Assembly: GCA_036679065.1 (NCBI GenBank)
Contig: JAZIGN010000003.1
Location: 384,001 to 448,000 of the forward strand
Reading direction: 5' to 3'
Length of the DNA: 64,000 bases
Source of the DNA: Coprothermobacterota bacterium
Lineage (GTDB): Bacteria; Coprothermobacterota; Coprothermobacteria; Coprothermobacterales; Coprothermobacteraceae
In this document: piece by piece, positions 28,408 to 39,364 of the stretch
Position numbering within the stretch: position 1 is the first letter of the stretch
How the letters are laid out: each line of letters opens with the position of its first letter
Program-made: the position numbers and the translations under genes
Notes under the pieces: generated by a model
The model's input: only the letters and a program-made list of their open reading frames with translations
Told to the model about the DNA's origin: nothing
Database searches by the model: none

Positions 28408-28815
28408 GTGCCTGCCATTGTCTGGAAAAATGAGTATTCTGTGGGTGTAAAAGTTATAGATGATCAGCACAAAGAATTGTTCAAACGGGTAAACAAGCTT
28501 TTCGATGATGTTTCCAAAGGCAATGTGACTACGGTTTTGGAAACTCTTGATTTTTTGAACAGTTATGTTATTTATCATTTCTCAGCTGAGGAACAGCTCA
28601 TGGCAAAAGCTAACTATCCCGAACTTGAGTCACACAAGAATGAGCATGAATGGTTCAAGTCGGAGATACTTTTTATCAGGGAGCAAGTGGAGAGAAACGG
28701 ACTTGGTGTAAGTTTGACATTGAAGCTGAACAAGCTACTGGTCAGCTGGCTCATAAACCACGTCACCAAGACCGATGCTAGGTTTGCTCCTTATGTTAAA
28801 GAAGAGGCTGTATAG
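28408..28815 (+). CDS. Bacteriohemerythrin, copy 1
   Basis: W..EYSVG...IDDQHKEL, HFSAEE, HKNEH, WLINHVTKTD; start GTG 28408 by alignment to copy 2. Confidence 0.9.
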   Translation: MPAIVWKNEYSVGVKVIDDQHKELFKRVNKLFDDVSKGNVTTVLETLDFLNSYVIYHFSAEEQLMAKANYPELESHKNEHEWFKSEILFIREQVERNGLGVSLTLKLNKLLVSWLINHVTKTDARFAPYVKEEAV

Positions 28816-28908
28816 CGTGCAAAAGGATAATGGCAGCTTATTGCATTAGGAAGTATTTTAGAATATTTAAATGATAAAGCTTACATTACCAAAGAGAGGT
28901 GATTAAAG

Positions 28909-29322
28909 GTGCCGGCTGTCACGTGGAAGGAAGAATACTCTGTGGGCATAAAGACAGTGGATGAACAGCATAAAGAGTTATTTGCTCGAATCAACAAACT
29001 TTTTGATGAGATTCCCGAGGGAAACAAAGATGCAGTTTTGGAGATGCTTGATTTTTTGCAAGATTACACTATTTTCCATTTCAATGCTGAGCAAGACCTC
29101 ATGAGTAGAGCAAAATACCCTGGTTTAGAAGAACACAAACAGCAACACGAGTGGTTCAAGGAACAGATAAGAAGTTTTCGAGAAGAGGTACAGAGTAAGG
29201 GTGTTGGTGTGACTTTGACAGTGAAGCTCAACAGGGTACTTGTAGATTGGTTAATAAACCACGTTACTAAGACGGATATCCAATATGTACCTTATGTAAA
29301 ACAGGCGGGTTTGTCGTTTTAG
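28909..29322 (+). CDS. Bacteriohemerythrin, copy 2
   Basis: DEQHKEL, HFNAEQ, HKQQH, WLINHVTKTD. Confidence 0.9.
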   Translation: MPAVTWKEEYSVGIKTVDEQHKELFARINKLFDEIPEGNKDAVLEMLDFLQDYTIFHFNAEQDLMSRAKYPGLEEHKQQHEWFKEQIRSFREEVQSKGVGVTLTVKLNRVLVDWLINHVTKTDIQYVPYVKQAGLSF

Positions 29323-29350
29323 TCTAAGTTTGGAAGGAGCGTTATAGAGA

Positions 29351-29635
29351 ATGGAAGCACAGCATGTTGAGACAGAAGTGACGTTGACTAACCCAACAGG
29401 TCTGCATGCAAGGCCTGCATCTCTGCTGGTGCAGACGGCAGCGAGGTTCAAGAGCAATATTACTCTTGAAAAAGAAGGACGCAATGTCAATGCTAAGAGC
29501 ATCATGGGAGTACTCTCTCTAGGTGCTGACAAGGGAAGTAGGATAAAAATCAGTGTAGAAGGTGAAGACGCTGAAGAAGCGCTTAAAGCTCTTCTGGACT
29601 TGATCCACGATAATTTTGGAGAAGTGGAATCATGA
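29351..29635 (+). CDS. ptsH: Phosphocarrier protein HPr
   Basis: GLHARPA (His15), [12 protein letters not shown] (Ser46). Confidence 0.93.
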   Translation: MEAQHVETEVTLTNPTGLHARPASLLVQTAARFKSNITLEKEGRNVNAKSIMGVLSLGADKGSRIKISVEGEDAEEALKALLDLIHDNFGEVES

Positions 29636-31293
29636 CGCTAAAAGGTATACCGGGTGCACCCGGCATAGGTATTGGGACAGCACAAGTGTTGAAGAAAGAG
29701 TTGGATATACCGCGCTTTGCGGTGGAGGATTCAAAAGAGGAGTTAGACAGATTCTACAAGGCACTGGATCAGAGTAAGCAGCAAGTTTCTCAACTACTCG
29801 AGAGGGCAAGCAAAAACGGGAACAAAGATGTGGCAGATATTATGCAAGCCCATTTAATGATGCTTGATGATCCTGAGTTCTTGGGGAAGGTAAGAGAAAG
29901 CATTGAAAATGAGAAGCTGAATGCGGAATTCGCCGTTTGGTCCGTGGGGCAAGAGTACATACAGTTTTTTGAACAAATGACCGACGAGTACCTCAAAGCT
30001 CGTGCTGCGGACCTAAAAGATGTTACAGAGCGTATCATTAGAAACCTCACAGGCACTTTGTTAGACCTTTCTCAACTTCCACAGAATACTGTCCTCGTTG
30101 CTAGGGACTTAGCTCCATCAGACACTGCTCAAATCGATCGAGAACACGTAGTCGGATTGGTCACTGATGAAGGCGGTCCCACTTCGCATGTGGCAATCAT
30201 GGCTAGATCTTTTCAAATTCCTGCTGTGGTAGGCACAAAGAATGCTACTGGGGAGATAAAGAATGGTGACCTCCTCGTGGTTGATGGAAACGAAGGCATA
30301 GTTGAAGTTAACCCTGCAGAGGATTCGCTGAAAAACTACGAGCAAAAGCAGTTGCAATGGAAAAAAGAGCAGAGTGATCTGGGGGAATTGATTACTGTGC
30401 CTAGCGTGACCAAAGATGGCGCACAGGTTAAACTGGAAGCTAACATTGGCAGACCTGAAGAAGTTGAAACAGCTTTGAAATTCGGTGCGGAAGGGGTCGG
30501 GCTTTTTAGAACGGAATTTCTTTTCATGGACCGAAACACGTTGCCGTCAGAAGAAGAACAATTTGAGGCCTATAAGAAGGCATTAGAGGGCATGCGGGGA
30601 CAAGTAGTCACCATACGTACCCTTGACATTGGAGGAGATAAAGATTTACCTTATCTGGGCTTGCAAAGGGAAAACAACCCTTTCTTGGGTTGGAGAGCTA
30701 TAAGATACTGTTTAGACCGCAGAGATGTACTTAAGACTCAACTAAGGGCCATTTTGCGAGCTAGTGTTTACGGTAAGGCTGCCGTTATGTTTCCCATGAT
30801 CAGTTCAGTGGAAGAGGTAGTTAAAGCCAAAGAAGTTCTAGAGGAAGCAAAAGCTGAGCTTCGTGAAGAAGGCCAGCCTTTCGATGAGCATGTAAAGGTA
30901 GGCATTATGGTGGAAATTCCATCGGCCGCGGTAGCCGCTGACTTACTTGCGCCAGAGGTGGACTTTTTTAGTATCGGTACAAACGATTTGACTCAGTACA
31001 CTCTTGCTGTGGACCGGGATAACGAAAAAGTGCGAGAATACTATAACCCGCTTCACCCTGCAGTTCTTAGACTCATAAAGAGGGTTATCGATGTGGGAAA
31101 CACCTTTGGGAAAGAAGTTGCCATGTGCGGTGAGCTTGCAGGTGATGATAAAGCCACAGAAATACTTCTTGGCCTTGGTTTACAAGTGTTTAGTATGACA
31201 CCCTCAAGCATTCCCAGAGTGAAAAAGGTTGTTCTATCTACAAATAATGAAGAAGCTCAGGCAATTGCAAAAAAGGCGGCCGCTTTAGCATAG
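29632..31293 (+). CDS. ptsI: PTS enzyme I
   Basis: [54 protein letters not shown]. Confidence 0.95.
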   Translation: MTLKGIPGAPGIGIGTAQVLKKELDIPRFAVEDSKEELDRFYKALDQSKQQVSQLLERASKNGNKDVADIMQAHLMMLDDPEFLGKVRESIENEKLNAEFAVWSVGQEYIQFFEQMTDEYLKARAADLKDVTERIIRNLTGTLLDLSQLPQNTVLVARDLAPSDTAQIDREHVVGLVTDEGGPTSHVAIMARSFQIPAVVGTKNATGEIKNGDLLVVDGNEGIVEVNPAEDSLKNYEQKQLQWKKEQSDLGELITVPSVTKDGAQVKLEANIGRPEEVETALKFGAEGVGLFRTEFLFMDRNTLPSEEEQFEAYKKALEGMRGQVVTIRTLDIGGDKDLPYLGLQRENNPFLGWRAIRYCLDRRDVLKTQLRAILRASVYGKAAVMFPMISSVEEVVKAKEVLEEAKAELREEGQPFDEHVKVGIMVEIPSAAVAADLLAPEVDFFSIGTNDLTQYTLAVDRDNEKVREYYNPLHPAVLRLIKRVIDVGNTFGKEVAMCGELAGDDKATEILLGLGLQVFSMTPSSIPRVKKVVLSTNNEEAQAIAKKAAALA

Positions 31294-31311
31294 GCGGCCG
31301 CCTTTTTCTTT
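31270..31311. terminator. Bidirectional terminator overlapping the ptsI stop
   Basis: AAAAAGGCGGCCGC...GCGGCCGCCTTTTT. Confidence 0.75.
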
Positions 31312-31320
31312 CAGAATTTT

Positions 31321-33813
31321 CTACTGTATGACGTACCAGATTATAGGTACGTGCTGAATTATGTCTGTGTCAGAAGTGTCAGGTAGGATTCTAACAAAGT
31401 ACTTCCAGCAAGGGTTACCAAGGTGTCGCAAGAAACCATCGGTGTAAAAGTAAGTAAAAGTGCTGTCACCTTCTGATACATATCTGCGCAGTTCAACGGT
31501 TCGTACTTTCTCAAGTTCTGTACCTTCTCTGCCTAAGAAAAGTTCAACTTTGACATCTTCAGGGGAAAGTTGTCCCAAATTAACGGTGACTCGTAAGCTT
31601 GCTCCATTTTCTTCCACAGCAACGTTCTTTACTGAAACACCGTTCCACGCTTCGACGACTCTACTTTCCCAATTAACGTCGCGCTTAGCATTCTCAAAAT
31701 CATTCTTGGAGAGACGTTCTGAATTGATAAAAGCTTTTACATATGTTTTGTCCATGTACTCCTTGACCATGCGATGTGTACTGAAGCGCGGAACAATACT
31801 CTTAATACTCTCACGCATCATTGAAAGCCATTTAGTTCTGTTTTCATAATAGGTTGGGATTATTTGAGTTTCGAGTATGTTGTACAGGCTTTCCGAATCC
31901 CTTTGATCATTCTCTTCGTGCTCAGGTTCCAAAGATTCATCTCCCACAACCCATCCGTTCTTGCCGTTGTAACCTTCTACCCACCATCCATCGTAAATAC
32001 TAAGGTTTAAAACACCGTTTATGGCTGCTTTCATGCCACTGGTGCCACTAGCTTCTTGTGGACGTCGTGGCGTGTTTAGCCAAACGTCAACGCCTGATAC
32101 CATGGCTCTGGCTAAAGAAATGTCGTAGTTTTCCAAGAAGAACACTTTTCCGGCTAATCCTGGTTCCTTTGTCATCCGAAGAACTTGGCTCAGAAATTCT
32201 TTGCCTGGCCCATCGTTTGGATGAGCTTTACCTGCAAATACCAGATAAACTGGTCTGCCCGGTGTGTTAAGGATTTTCTTGAGTCTTTCCAAATCACGGA
32301 AAATCAAAATGGCGCGTTTGTAAGTAGCAAAACGTCTGCCAAAACCTATTATGAGGCTATTTTCATCAATTTCGGGTAACGGATCACTCAGATTAAGGCG
32401 CTTGTTTCTACTCTGAATTTTATCCTTCATGAGCGATATAAAGTTCTTTTTTGCTTTTAAATGCGCTTCCCACAAATCGGCGTCCGAAATACGCTCAACG
32501 CCGTACCACATGCCTTCCAAATCTGTGTGTTCACGCCATACCCTGCTGAGTGCACGGTCATAGATTCTGGAAAACTCTGAGCAAATCCATGTTAATGTAT
32601 GGACTCCGTTCGTAATGCCCTCTATGGGTACTTCTTCCAACGTGTAACCTTTCCAAAGATTGCGGAACATTTCTCTGGACACACGTGCATGCAACTGACT
32701 CACACCATTGACGTAGGCGGAAGTGCGTATGGCCAAAACTGTCATGTTCAGCTCACCAGAATCTTCTGTTTCTTTGCCCAAACTTAGAAATTTATCCGCT
32801 GGCAAACCTTCAAAAAATGATCTAAAACGACCATAGATAAAGTCCACTGGAAACTTATCATGACCAGCCGGTACAGGTGTGTGGGTGGTAAAAACTGTAC
32901 TTTCCTTGACCACTTCCAGTGATTCCTCAAAAGACAAGCCCTTCTGCATAAGGTCTTTTATGCGTTCAAAAGCTGCAAATGCTGGATGCCCTTCATTAAG
33001 ATGAACTAATCCGGGTTCTATATTCAGCTCTTTGAGAAGTCTTATGCCCCCTACACCCAGCAGTATTTCTTGTGCAACTCGTATGTCCATACCCGGATTG
33101 TAGAGGTAATCACATATAAGCCTGTACTCAGGAGGAGTTTCTGGTGTATCTGGATCTAAAAGGTAAAGCTTAACGCGTCCTACGTCAGCTTGAAAAACTC
33201 TGGCTGTAATCATTTGGTCATCCAGAGGGACTTGGACTAATACAGGTTTGCCTTCTGCATCAAGCAAAGGTGTAATGGGTAAGTCTTCCGGACTGTATTG
33301 AGGAAACAATTCTTGTTGCGTAAGATCGGAGCTGATTTCTTGCACAAAATAACCGTGTTTGTACAGAAGCCCAACGGCAATTAGTGGTATTCCTAAATCG
33401 CTGGCAGACTTTAGGTGGTCGCCCGCAAGAATACCTAAGCCCCCTGAATAAATAGGCAGTGCTTCACTTATTCCATATTCCATGCACATGTAAACAAACT
33501 TTGTGTCCCAGTTGGGGTAATTAGCATTGAACCATGTGTTGCTCTCCTTCATGTAACTGTGGAATCTTTCTGTGACCAATTCATACAGGGACAAAAAGTC
33601 TTCGTCTTTTGAAAGCTCTTCAAGCCTTTCGCTGGGTGTTTCTAAAAGGAGCTTAACAGGGTTTTGGTAAGCCTTCCAGAGATCAGGGTCTATTTTGCTC
33701 CAAAGTTTCATGGCAGAACGTGACCACGTGTGCCAAAAGTTATATGCTACAGCTGCCAGGTCTTTAAGATTTTCTGGCAACTTTTTTTCAATGTTATCTT
33801 TTGTCGTAAGCAC
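31321..33813 (-). CDS. glgP: Alpha-glucan (maltodextrin/glycogen) phosphorylase
   Basis: EYG...YSGGLGILAGDHLK, HLNEGH, FTTHTPVPAGHD, RRFATYKR, EASGTSGMKA (PLP Lys); start GTG 33813 after AGGAGGT. Confidence 0.93.
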   Translation of the reverse strand: MLTTKDNIEKKLPENLKDLAAVAYNFWHTWSRSAMKLWSKIDPDLWKAYQNPVKLLLETPSERLEELSKDEDFLSLYELVTERFHSYMKESNTWFNANYPNWDTKFVYMCMEYGISEALPIYSGGLGILAGDHLKSASDLGIPLIAVGLLYKHGYFVQEISSDLTQQELFPQYSPEDLPITPLLDAEGKPVLVQVPLDDQMITARVFQADVGRVKLYLLDPDTPETPPEYRLICDYLYNPGMDIRVAQEILLGVGGIRLLKELNIEPGLVHLNEGHPAFAAFERIKDLMQKGLSFEESLEVVKESTVFTTHTPVPAGHDKFPVDFIYGRFRSFFEGLPADKFLSLGKETEDSGELNMTVLAIRTSAYVNGVSQLHARVSREMFRNLWKGYTLEEVPIEGITNGVHTLTWICSEFSRIYDRALSRVWREHTDLEGMWYGVERISDADLWEAHLKAKKNFISLMKDKIQSRNKRLNLSDPLPEIDENSLIIGFGRRFATYKRAILIFRDLERLKKILNTPGRPVYLVFAGKAHPNDGPGKEFLSQVLRMTKEPGLAGKVFFLENYDISLARAMVSGVDVWLNTPRRPQEASGTSGMKAAINGVLNLSIYDGWWVEGYNGKNGWVVGDESLEPEHEENDQRDSESLYNILETQIIPTYYENRTKWLSMMRESIKSIVPRFSTHRMVKEYMDKTYVKAFINSERLSKNDFENAKRDVNWESRVVEAWNGVSVKNVAVEENGASLRVTVNLGQLSPEDVKVELFLGREGTELEKVRTVELRRYVSEGDSTFTYFYTDGFLRHLGNPCWKYFVRILPDTSDTDIIQHVPIIWYVIQ

Positions 33814-33920
33814 TAAAGCTACCTCCTTTTGCCTCTTAACTTCAAACTTATAACACTCTATTATAACCAAACAAAATCCAATCTAAGGCTTAGTCAATGC
33901 TTTCCCAAAAAACCTGCTTG

Positions 33921-34784
33921 CTAGGTTTTCTCTATTGGCTTATTTAGTACGGCTACTAACATCTTAACAAAGTACTCTTTGGTTAGGCTCCATTTAGCTA
34001 AGAACGATAAACTTTTACGTAGGGGAACTTCTTTGTAGTACACGCACCTGAATGGAGAACTTTTTATCCACTGGCGGAACTTTTTGATGGTCATCTTATT
34101 AATGTAGGAAATGTAAGGCTTTCCGGTATTATCAACGGAAAAACGTAGCTTAATCCGATCCTCAGCGTCGGGTAGTCCTTTGGCAAGGTCTTTATAAACA
34201 TTTATGAGCGTTTGCTCGTCAAAAAACACGTGTACCCAAGGGACACCAATCAAGTCACTCAAATGTGCTCCGTAGGGATGGTAATAAGGTGGAGAATTCA
34301 CATATAACATACCGCCAGGCTTTAAAACTCTATAACACTCTAGGAGAACGTTTTGAGGCTGTGACGCATGCTCCATGAAGTCGTTCATGATTATGGTGTC
34401 GAAGGTGTTCTCAGAAAAGGGCAAGGTTGCTGCATCCGCAATAACAAAGTGAAACTTGTCCTCAACACCTTTGCTCTTAGCGAGTCTCTCTGCCTGTTCT
34501 TTGTATTTTTCAACCTTGTCTACTCCGTAAATCTCTTTTACTCCGCAAGTGGCATAAAATACTGTTTTGCCTGCGGCTCCACACCCAATGTCCAGCACTG
34601 TTTTGTCTTTAAAAAGTTGGTCCAAGTCAGTAAAATCTAAGAAATATTGCAGAGTGCTTAAACCTTTTTCAAATTCCCAGTCGGCATAAGTTTTTACACC
34701 ATCTTTTTGCAGGTTAAAAGGATGAACAGGTAGTGGAAACAGTTTGTTCATGCTTTTTAGTAATGCTTCTTTAAAGCTACCCAT
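33921..34784 (-). CDS. Class I SAM-dependent methyltransferase
   Basis: VLDIGCGAAG, DAATLPF...FD, RVLKPGG. Confidence 0.85.
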   Translation of the reverse strand: MGSFKEALLKSMNKLFPLPVHPFNLQKDGVKTYADWEFEKGLSTLQYFLDFTDLDQLFKDKTVLDIGCGAAGKTVFYATCGVKEIYGVDKVEKYKEQAERLAKSKGVEDKFHFVIADAATLPFSENTFDTIIMNDFMEHASQPQNVLLECYRVLKPGGMLYVNSPPYYHPYGAHLSDLIGVPWVHVFFDEQTLINVYKDLAKGLPDAEDRIKLRFSVDNTGKPYISYINKMTIKKFRQWIKSSPFRCVYYKEVPLRKSLSFLAKWSLTKEYFVKMLVAVLNKPIEKT

Positions 34785-34906
34785 ATCTTTTCGGAAACCT
34801 CATCATAGCCATTTTACCATTGTAGGAATCCCTAGTTGTGTCGATGTGCTTTATGAAGTACTGTGCATTAAGCACTTTTATATCTTCGGTGATATATAAT
34901 GGGCTC

Positions 34907-36736
34907 ATGAAAACAAGAATAACCCTATGGCTCCTAGTTTTTCTGTGTTTCGGAGTTTTCTTTCAGTGTGTTAGTGTTTTCTTGTTACCGAGCTCTGTAG
35001 CCGCTGTTACTTTTGAGCTTCCGGAGAGAACCTTCTCTATGGTTGTAGAAGAAGACGGCTCTGCTCTGGTAGAGGAAACTGTAACATGGCTATTAAAGGA
35101 TCCTTTTAGATATGTTACTTGGCGTGTAGAATACCCAAGCGAGGTAGACATAGAAGATCTGCAAGTTGCTGTTTTGCAGGGGCCAAACCTAACACCTGAA
35201 ATCAACTATGTCATGAATAGACACAATGTGGTCTCTCTGGAACTGTGGTTCGCACCAAGAAGTCCTAGTTCTAGTGGGCAGGGCGTGTATGTAAATGTTC
35301 CTAAAGAAGGACAGATTGTTCAAGTAAAATTCTCGTACTACCTCCGTAACATAATGATGGAATGCAATGATTTTTCGCAGTTATTTGTAAAGTTCATAGG
35401 CGAAGGTACTGCAGTGAAGACTGATAAACTGGTGGTAATGATTGCATTTCCATCAGTATTTGGTGAACCCTCCTCCGTATATGTGCATCCCTTGGGGTTA
35501 AAAAAGGAAGTTACTAAGGGATTGCAAAATGAGAGGTATGTGTTCCACTACGTATTTGAGCAGGTACCTTCTAACACTTACGTGGAAGGTCGTTTTGTCT
35601 TTCCAAGACTGCTTGGCACAGGCACAAATTACAAGAACAGTGTTCTTTCTTTGGCAGACGTGGAGGAAATTGAAAGAGAGTACACAAGTATTTACCAAAG
35701 GACTAAAATGCTTGGTTTGTTCTACCCCATACTGCTTTTTGTAATCTTCTTAGGTATCTACCTTTTATACGGCAGGGAACGAAAAATAGCATATGATGCA
35801 CTGTATGAACGTGATTTGCCTACGCAAGACCCCCCAGAGCTTGTCAATGCAATTGTCAGTAGGGTTTGCCGGGAGCCTGATAATGATGGTTTTTCTGCTG
35901 CTGTGCTGGACATGGTGCGTAAAGGACATTTGTCGTTCATAGAAAAGTCGGGTGAAGTGGTAGGGCTGAAGCTAATAGACGATGATACAAGCCGCCCCTA
36001 TCTTAGCGGAGCTTTGGAAGCTATCGCAAACAAAGAAGGAGAGATAATTTTTTCTCGTCTGGAGAAAACCTTTAAGAAGAAAAGCTTAGTAGACAAGTTT
36101 TGGGATAATCTAACGAAATGGGAGGAAAGCGTTACTGTCTTGGCGCAGAAACGTAAGTACTTCAATAGCACAGGAAACACCATAGCGAAAACGGTGGCAG
36201 TGGTAGGCGGCATAGCTCTGCCTATTATAATGCTTACTGCTTCTACGAACACTGATTTCCCTCTAATGGATGCAAGAACCTTCATGATGGCAGGAATGGG
36301 TGTAAGCTTTATCATGGCGCTTATAGTACTTTTCATGAACCGAGCAGTGTTCTCTCATTGGACGGAAGAAGGATTGTTGTACGTTAAGCAGTGGCAAGCT
36401 TTACGGAGATACTTGACAGACTTCACTTTGCTTTCTCAGAACCCACCGCAGGCCTTGGCTATGTGGGACGAACTGCTGGTGTATGGTACGGCTTTGGGCG
36501 TTGCCAAACAGACCCTTAAAAACTTGCGTCAGCTCTATCCCACTGCGCCACCTGAAACTCCAGTAGCAGGGACTCTCTATGTTAGACCCTTCATCGTTGA
36601 TAAGTTGAACGGGATACCCACTACTGCACTTCTGAGTATGGGCGGTGGTAAGAGTGGAATTAGAGGAGGAGGCGGTTTTGGCTCTGGAGCTAGTGTGGGT
36701 GGGGGTGCCGGCGGAAGTTCTGTGGGAGCTGGTTAG
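34907..36736 (+). CDS. DUF2207 family membrane protein
   Basis: Signal/TM, DGSALVEE, WQALRRYLTDF, WDELLVYGTALGV, Gly/Ser-rich C-terminus. Confidence 0.8.
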   Translation: MKTRITLWLLVFLCFGVFFQCVSVFLLPSSVAAVTFELPERTFSMVVEEDGSALVEETVTWLLKDPFRYVTWRVEYPSEVDIEDLQVAVLQGPNLTPEINYVMNRHNVVSLELWFAPRSPSSSGQGVYVNVPKEGQIVQVKFSYYLRNIMMECNDFSQLFVKFIGEGTAVKTDKLVVMIAFPSVFGEPSSVYVHPLGLKKEVTKGLQNERYVFHYVFEQVPSNTYVEGRFVFPRLLGTGTNYKNSVLSLADVEEIEREYTSIYQRTKMLGLFYPILLFVIFLGIYLLYGRERKIAYDALYERDLPTQDPPELVNAIVSRVCREPDNDGFSAAVLDMVRKGHLSFIEKSGEVVGLKLIDDDTSRPYLSGALEAIANKEGEIIFSRLEKTFKKKSLVDKFWDNLTKWEESVTVLAQKRKYFNSTGNTIAKTVAVVGGIALPIIMLTASTNTDFPLMDARTFMMAGMGVSFIMALIVLFMNRAVFSHWTEEGLLYVKQWQALRRYLTDFTLLSQNPPQALAMWDELLVYGTALGVAKQTLKNLRQLYPTAPPETPVAGTLYVRPFIVDKLNGIPTTALLSMGGGKSGIRGGGGFGSGASVGGGAGGSSVGAG

Positions 36737-36818
36737 ACATTTTCTTTCACGAGGCAGCACTGGGAAACTGCACGTTTTTTTAAGTGACAGGGGATCACCT
36801 TAGTGTAGAATTCCCTTT

Positions 36819-37634
36819 ATGGATTCTATTATCACGTTTCTCATCTTGCTCGTGTTGGGCTATTTGCTAAAAATAATAGGGTTTTTATCACAAGCGGACG
36901 CTGATACTTTAAGAAAGTTTGTATTCAACGTATGCCTTCCTTGTATGGCGTTTCAAGCCATGTACAATAGCACGTTTAATAGCAGTTTCTTTCTTATTGC
37001 TGCGCTGGTTGGTTTGCTGCACATTGTGGGTTATGTGAGCTTTAGGTTGTCTAAAAAATCGCTTAAGGAGGTTGTTTTCGCTGGATGGGCTGGAAACACT
37101 GCCTTCATGGGTTACCCGGTAGTGGAGGGTCTATTGGGAGCAGAGGGACTTTCTCGTGCCGTGGTGTTTGACCAGAGTAATACTATAATGGTCATCCTGC
37201 TATGGCTGCAGAAAGGGATGAAAAGTGTTCTTAGTCCGCCTTTGGTAGGGGCTATGCTGGGACTACTACTGAAGTTTGTGCAGATTCCAACGCCATTCAT
37301 GGATGTCATTTCGATGTTGGCAAAAACAACCTCACCGCTAGCTATGATCTATACGGGTTACATCTTGACGCTAGAATGGGATTACAGAGTAATACCAGCA
37401 CTCTTGGTGAAATTCTTTATCTTACCAGCACTGGCTTGGGGATTTTCTTCACTTATGGGGCTACCACTCATTGATCAGAGCGTGGTGATACTACAGAGTA
37501 GCATGCCAACCATGGTGGTTTCTACCATTTATGGGGAACAAATGGGACTGGACACTAGTTTTATCTCCAAAGCTGTAGTGTTGAGCACGGTTTTGTACCC
37601 GCTATCTTTTGTCCTGTGGACAGGGTTGATTTAG
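36819..37634 (+). CDS. AEC (auxin efflux carrier) family transporter
   Basis: FVFNVCLP, GNTAFMGYP, SPLAMI, SMPT. Confidence 0.8.
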   Translation: MDSIITFLILLVLGYLLKIIGFLSQADADTLRKFVFNVCLPCMAFQAMYNSTFNSSFFLIAALVGLLHIVGYVSFRLSKKSLKEVVFAGWAGNTAFMGYPVVEGLLGAEGLSRAVVFDQSNTIMVILLWLQKGMKSVLSPPLVGAMLGLLLKFVQIPTPFMDVISMLAKTTSPLAMIYTGYILTLEWDYRVIPALLVKFFILPALAWGFSSLMGLPLIDQSVVILQSSMPTMVVSTIYGEQMGLDTSFISKAVVLSTVLYPLSFVLWTGLI

Positions 37635-37899
37635 GCTGTAACTTTTCAGTTGTCAGCGTGGTTAAAAGAATTACACTCTCTCTTTTTGTTAAGTTTTTGG
37701 CTGAGCTGTTAGAATAGTTTAATGAGGATTGCGTACTCATGTCATGGTGAATGGATATTTCAAAGAGCAGTGTTTCCAACCATGGCGTTATCAGTTGGTT
37801 TTTAAGAGTTGTTATTCTGTAGAAAGGGCTTGATACGAAATTCAGGTTTTGGTAGCATGCTTGAAGAATTTAAAGAAACGCTAACTAGTTGGAGTCATT

Positions 37900-38556
37900 A
37901 TGTTTAGTAGCGCTTGGATCGCAAATTTGGTGCTTGATTTGTTACTCATCGTGGAAGGTACTGGCATGCCCGGGGTTCCCTTTCAGCCGGCATTTTTTGC
38001 CGTGGCGATGTTCATAACCCAAGGGCAAGTTCCTTTTGTTCCGTGTTGGATTTTTGCCAGCCTTGCCAATCTTCTTGGAAACGTGCTTGGGTATCTAATA
38101 GGGAACAAACTTGGTGAGCCATTTGTGCTAAAGCTAAAATTCTTGCGACTAGAGCCAGAAGATATAGAGGATTTACGTAGCCTTGCTAACAAGTATGGAC
38201 CATGGGTTGTAGTTATTTCAAGGTGGTTTGGTCCCATCAGAACACCAACCATATTGTTAGCTGGTACTTTGGGTATGAACTTACCTGTTTATACGCTGTT
38301 TTCTTCCATGGGAGCGTTTAGCTGGAATTTCGCTTGGCTTTGGGCGACTTGGCAGGGGTCAAAACTATTGCTTACCATTCTTGGCGCAAACGCTAGCCAG
38401 AATTGGCTCATCGCCATGCTGATTGGTTGGGGTCTGGCTTTTGCAAGTCTGACGGTGGTTATGGGAGCCTGGCACAGGTACAAGAACAACCGTGACTCAT
38501 CTGAAGAAGATGTGAACGATAATGTTGATAACCACAGTGAGCAACACGCTAAGTAG
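37900..38556 (+). CDS. DedA family membrane protein
   Basis: EGTGMPGVP, GNVLGYLIG, KYG...SRWFGPIR, AGTLGM. Confidence 0.75.
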   Translation: MFSSAWIANLVLDLLLIVEGTGMPGVPFQPAFFAVAMFITQGQVPFVPCWIFASLANLLGNVLGYLIGNKLGEPFVLKLKFLRLEPEDIEDLRSLANKYGPWVVVISRWFGPIRTPTILLAGTLGMNLPVYTLFSSMGAFSWNFAWLWATWQGSKLLLTILGANASQNWLIAMLIGWGLAFASLTVVMGAWHRYKNNRDSSEEDVNDNVDNHSEQHAK

Positions 38557-38733
38557 TAAGAAACTGACTATGGGGGCATAGAAGACAAAGTTGTCTTTCT
38601 TGATATAAATGTCACCAGGAAGCCTGCCGAAGGGAATCCCCTTTATGTTAAGGGACGACAGTGCCCATAGAATTGCACCTAGAATCATTAGGCAGATGCC
38701 GAAGATGACTAAGGTTTTTCCGAGTTGGCTCAT
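38497..38733 (-). CDS. DUF2905 family small membrane protein
   Basis: LGKTLVIFG...FGRLPGDIYI...FYAPIVSFLLLSVLL. Confidence 0.85.
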   Translation of the reverse strand: MSQLGKTLVIFGICLMILGAILWALSSLNIKGIPFGRLPGDIYIKKDNFVFYAPIVSFLLLSVLLTVVINIIVHIFFR

Positions 38734-38738
38734 ACCAG

Positions 38739-39284
38739 TCATCCCTCCTTAGCAGATGTATTCGGAATGAGTTGCTTTAGTACTTTGGTTATTGGGTAAG
38801 CAACAGTATAGGCAGCTATGGCTTTAAGAAGGTCCATTAACAGTAATGGGAGCATACCCCATAGGATGACCCTAAAAGGTGTGTTCGATATAAAGCTTAG
38901 CTGTAATACTCCTGCAGTATAGGTAATGCATAGCCCAACAGTAATACCTACCCAATATCCGTATGTATCAAATCTTTTGTGCATCCAGCTTATCAAGTAC
39001 GAACAGAAAGGGAAAGACAGTAAGAAGCCGCCTGTTTTACCCATCAGAATACCAATCCCCGAACTCCCACCTGCAAAAACAGGTAAACCAAGAGCTCCTA
39101 GCAGGATGTACATTAGGACTGTCATCAGGCTTTGGCGTGGTGGCATTAGTACGGATAAGAAAAATATCGCAAATACCTGAAGTGTAAAGGGTACAGGAAA
39201 AACTGGTAGTGGCAAAGAGATTTGAGCAGCTACACACAAAAAAGCTGTACCTAGGGCTATGTGCGTCAGATCAGATGTTTTCAT
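38739..39284 (-). CDS. bioY: Biotin transporter BioY
   Basis: PVPFTLQ, YILLGALGLPVFAGG, TGGFLLSF, DLLK. Confidence 0.88.
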   Translation of the reverse strand: MKTSDLTHIALGTAFLCVAAQISLPLPVFPVPFTLQVFAIFFLSVLMPPRQSLMTVLMYILLGALGLPVFAGGSSGIGILMGKTGGFLLSFPFCSYLISWMHKRFDTYGYWVGITVGLCITYTAGVLQLSFISNTPFRVILWGMLPLLLMDLLKAIAAYTVAYPITKVLKQLIPNTSAKEG

Positions 39285-39364
39285 ACGATAGCTCCCTCCG
39301 ATTTTTCTCCGCTTAGCATTATATCAGTAGAAATTGAGTTTGATTTGTTGGGTTTTAAACTAAA

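Noticed and set aside
36640..36736. Low-complexity G-rich stretch
   Set aside because: Normal Gly/Ser-rich tail of DUF2207 proteins
38497..38556. 60-nt tail-to-tail overlap of DedA and DUF2905 (also nitrilase/fur at 44922-44952)
   Set aside because: Short convergent overlaps are common in compact genomes
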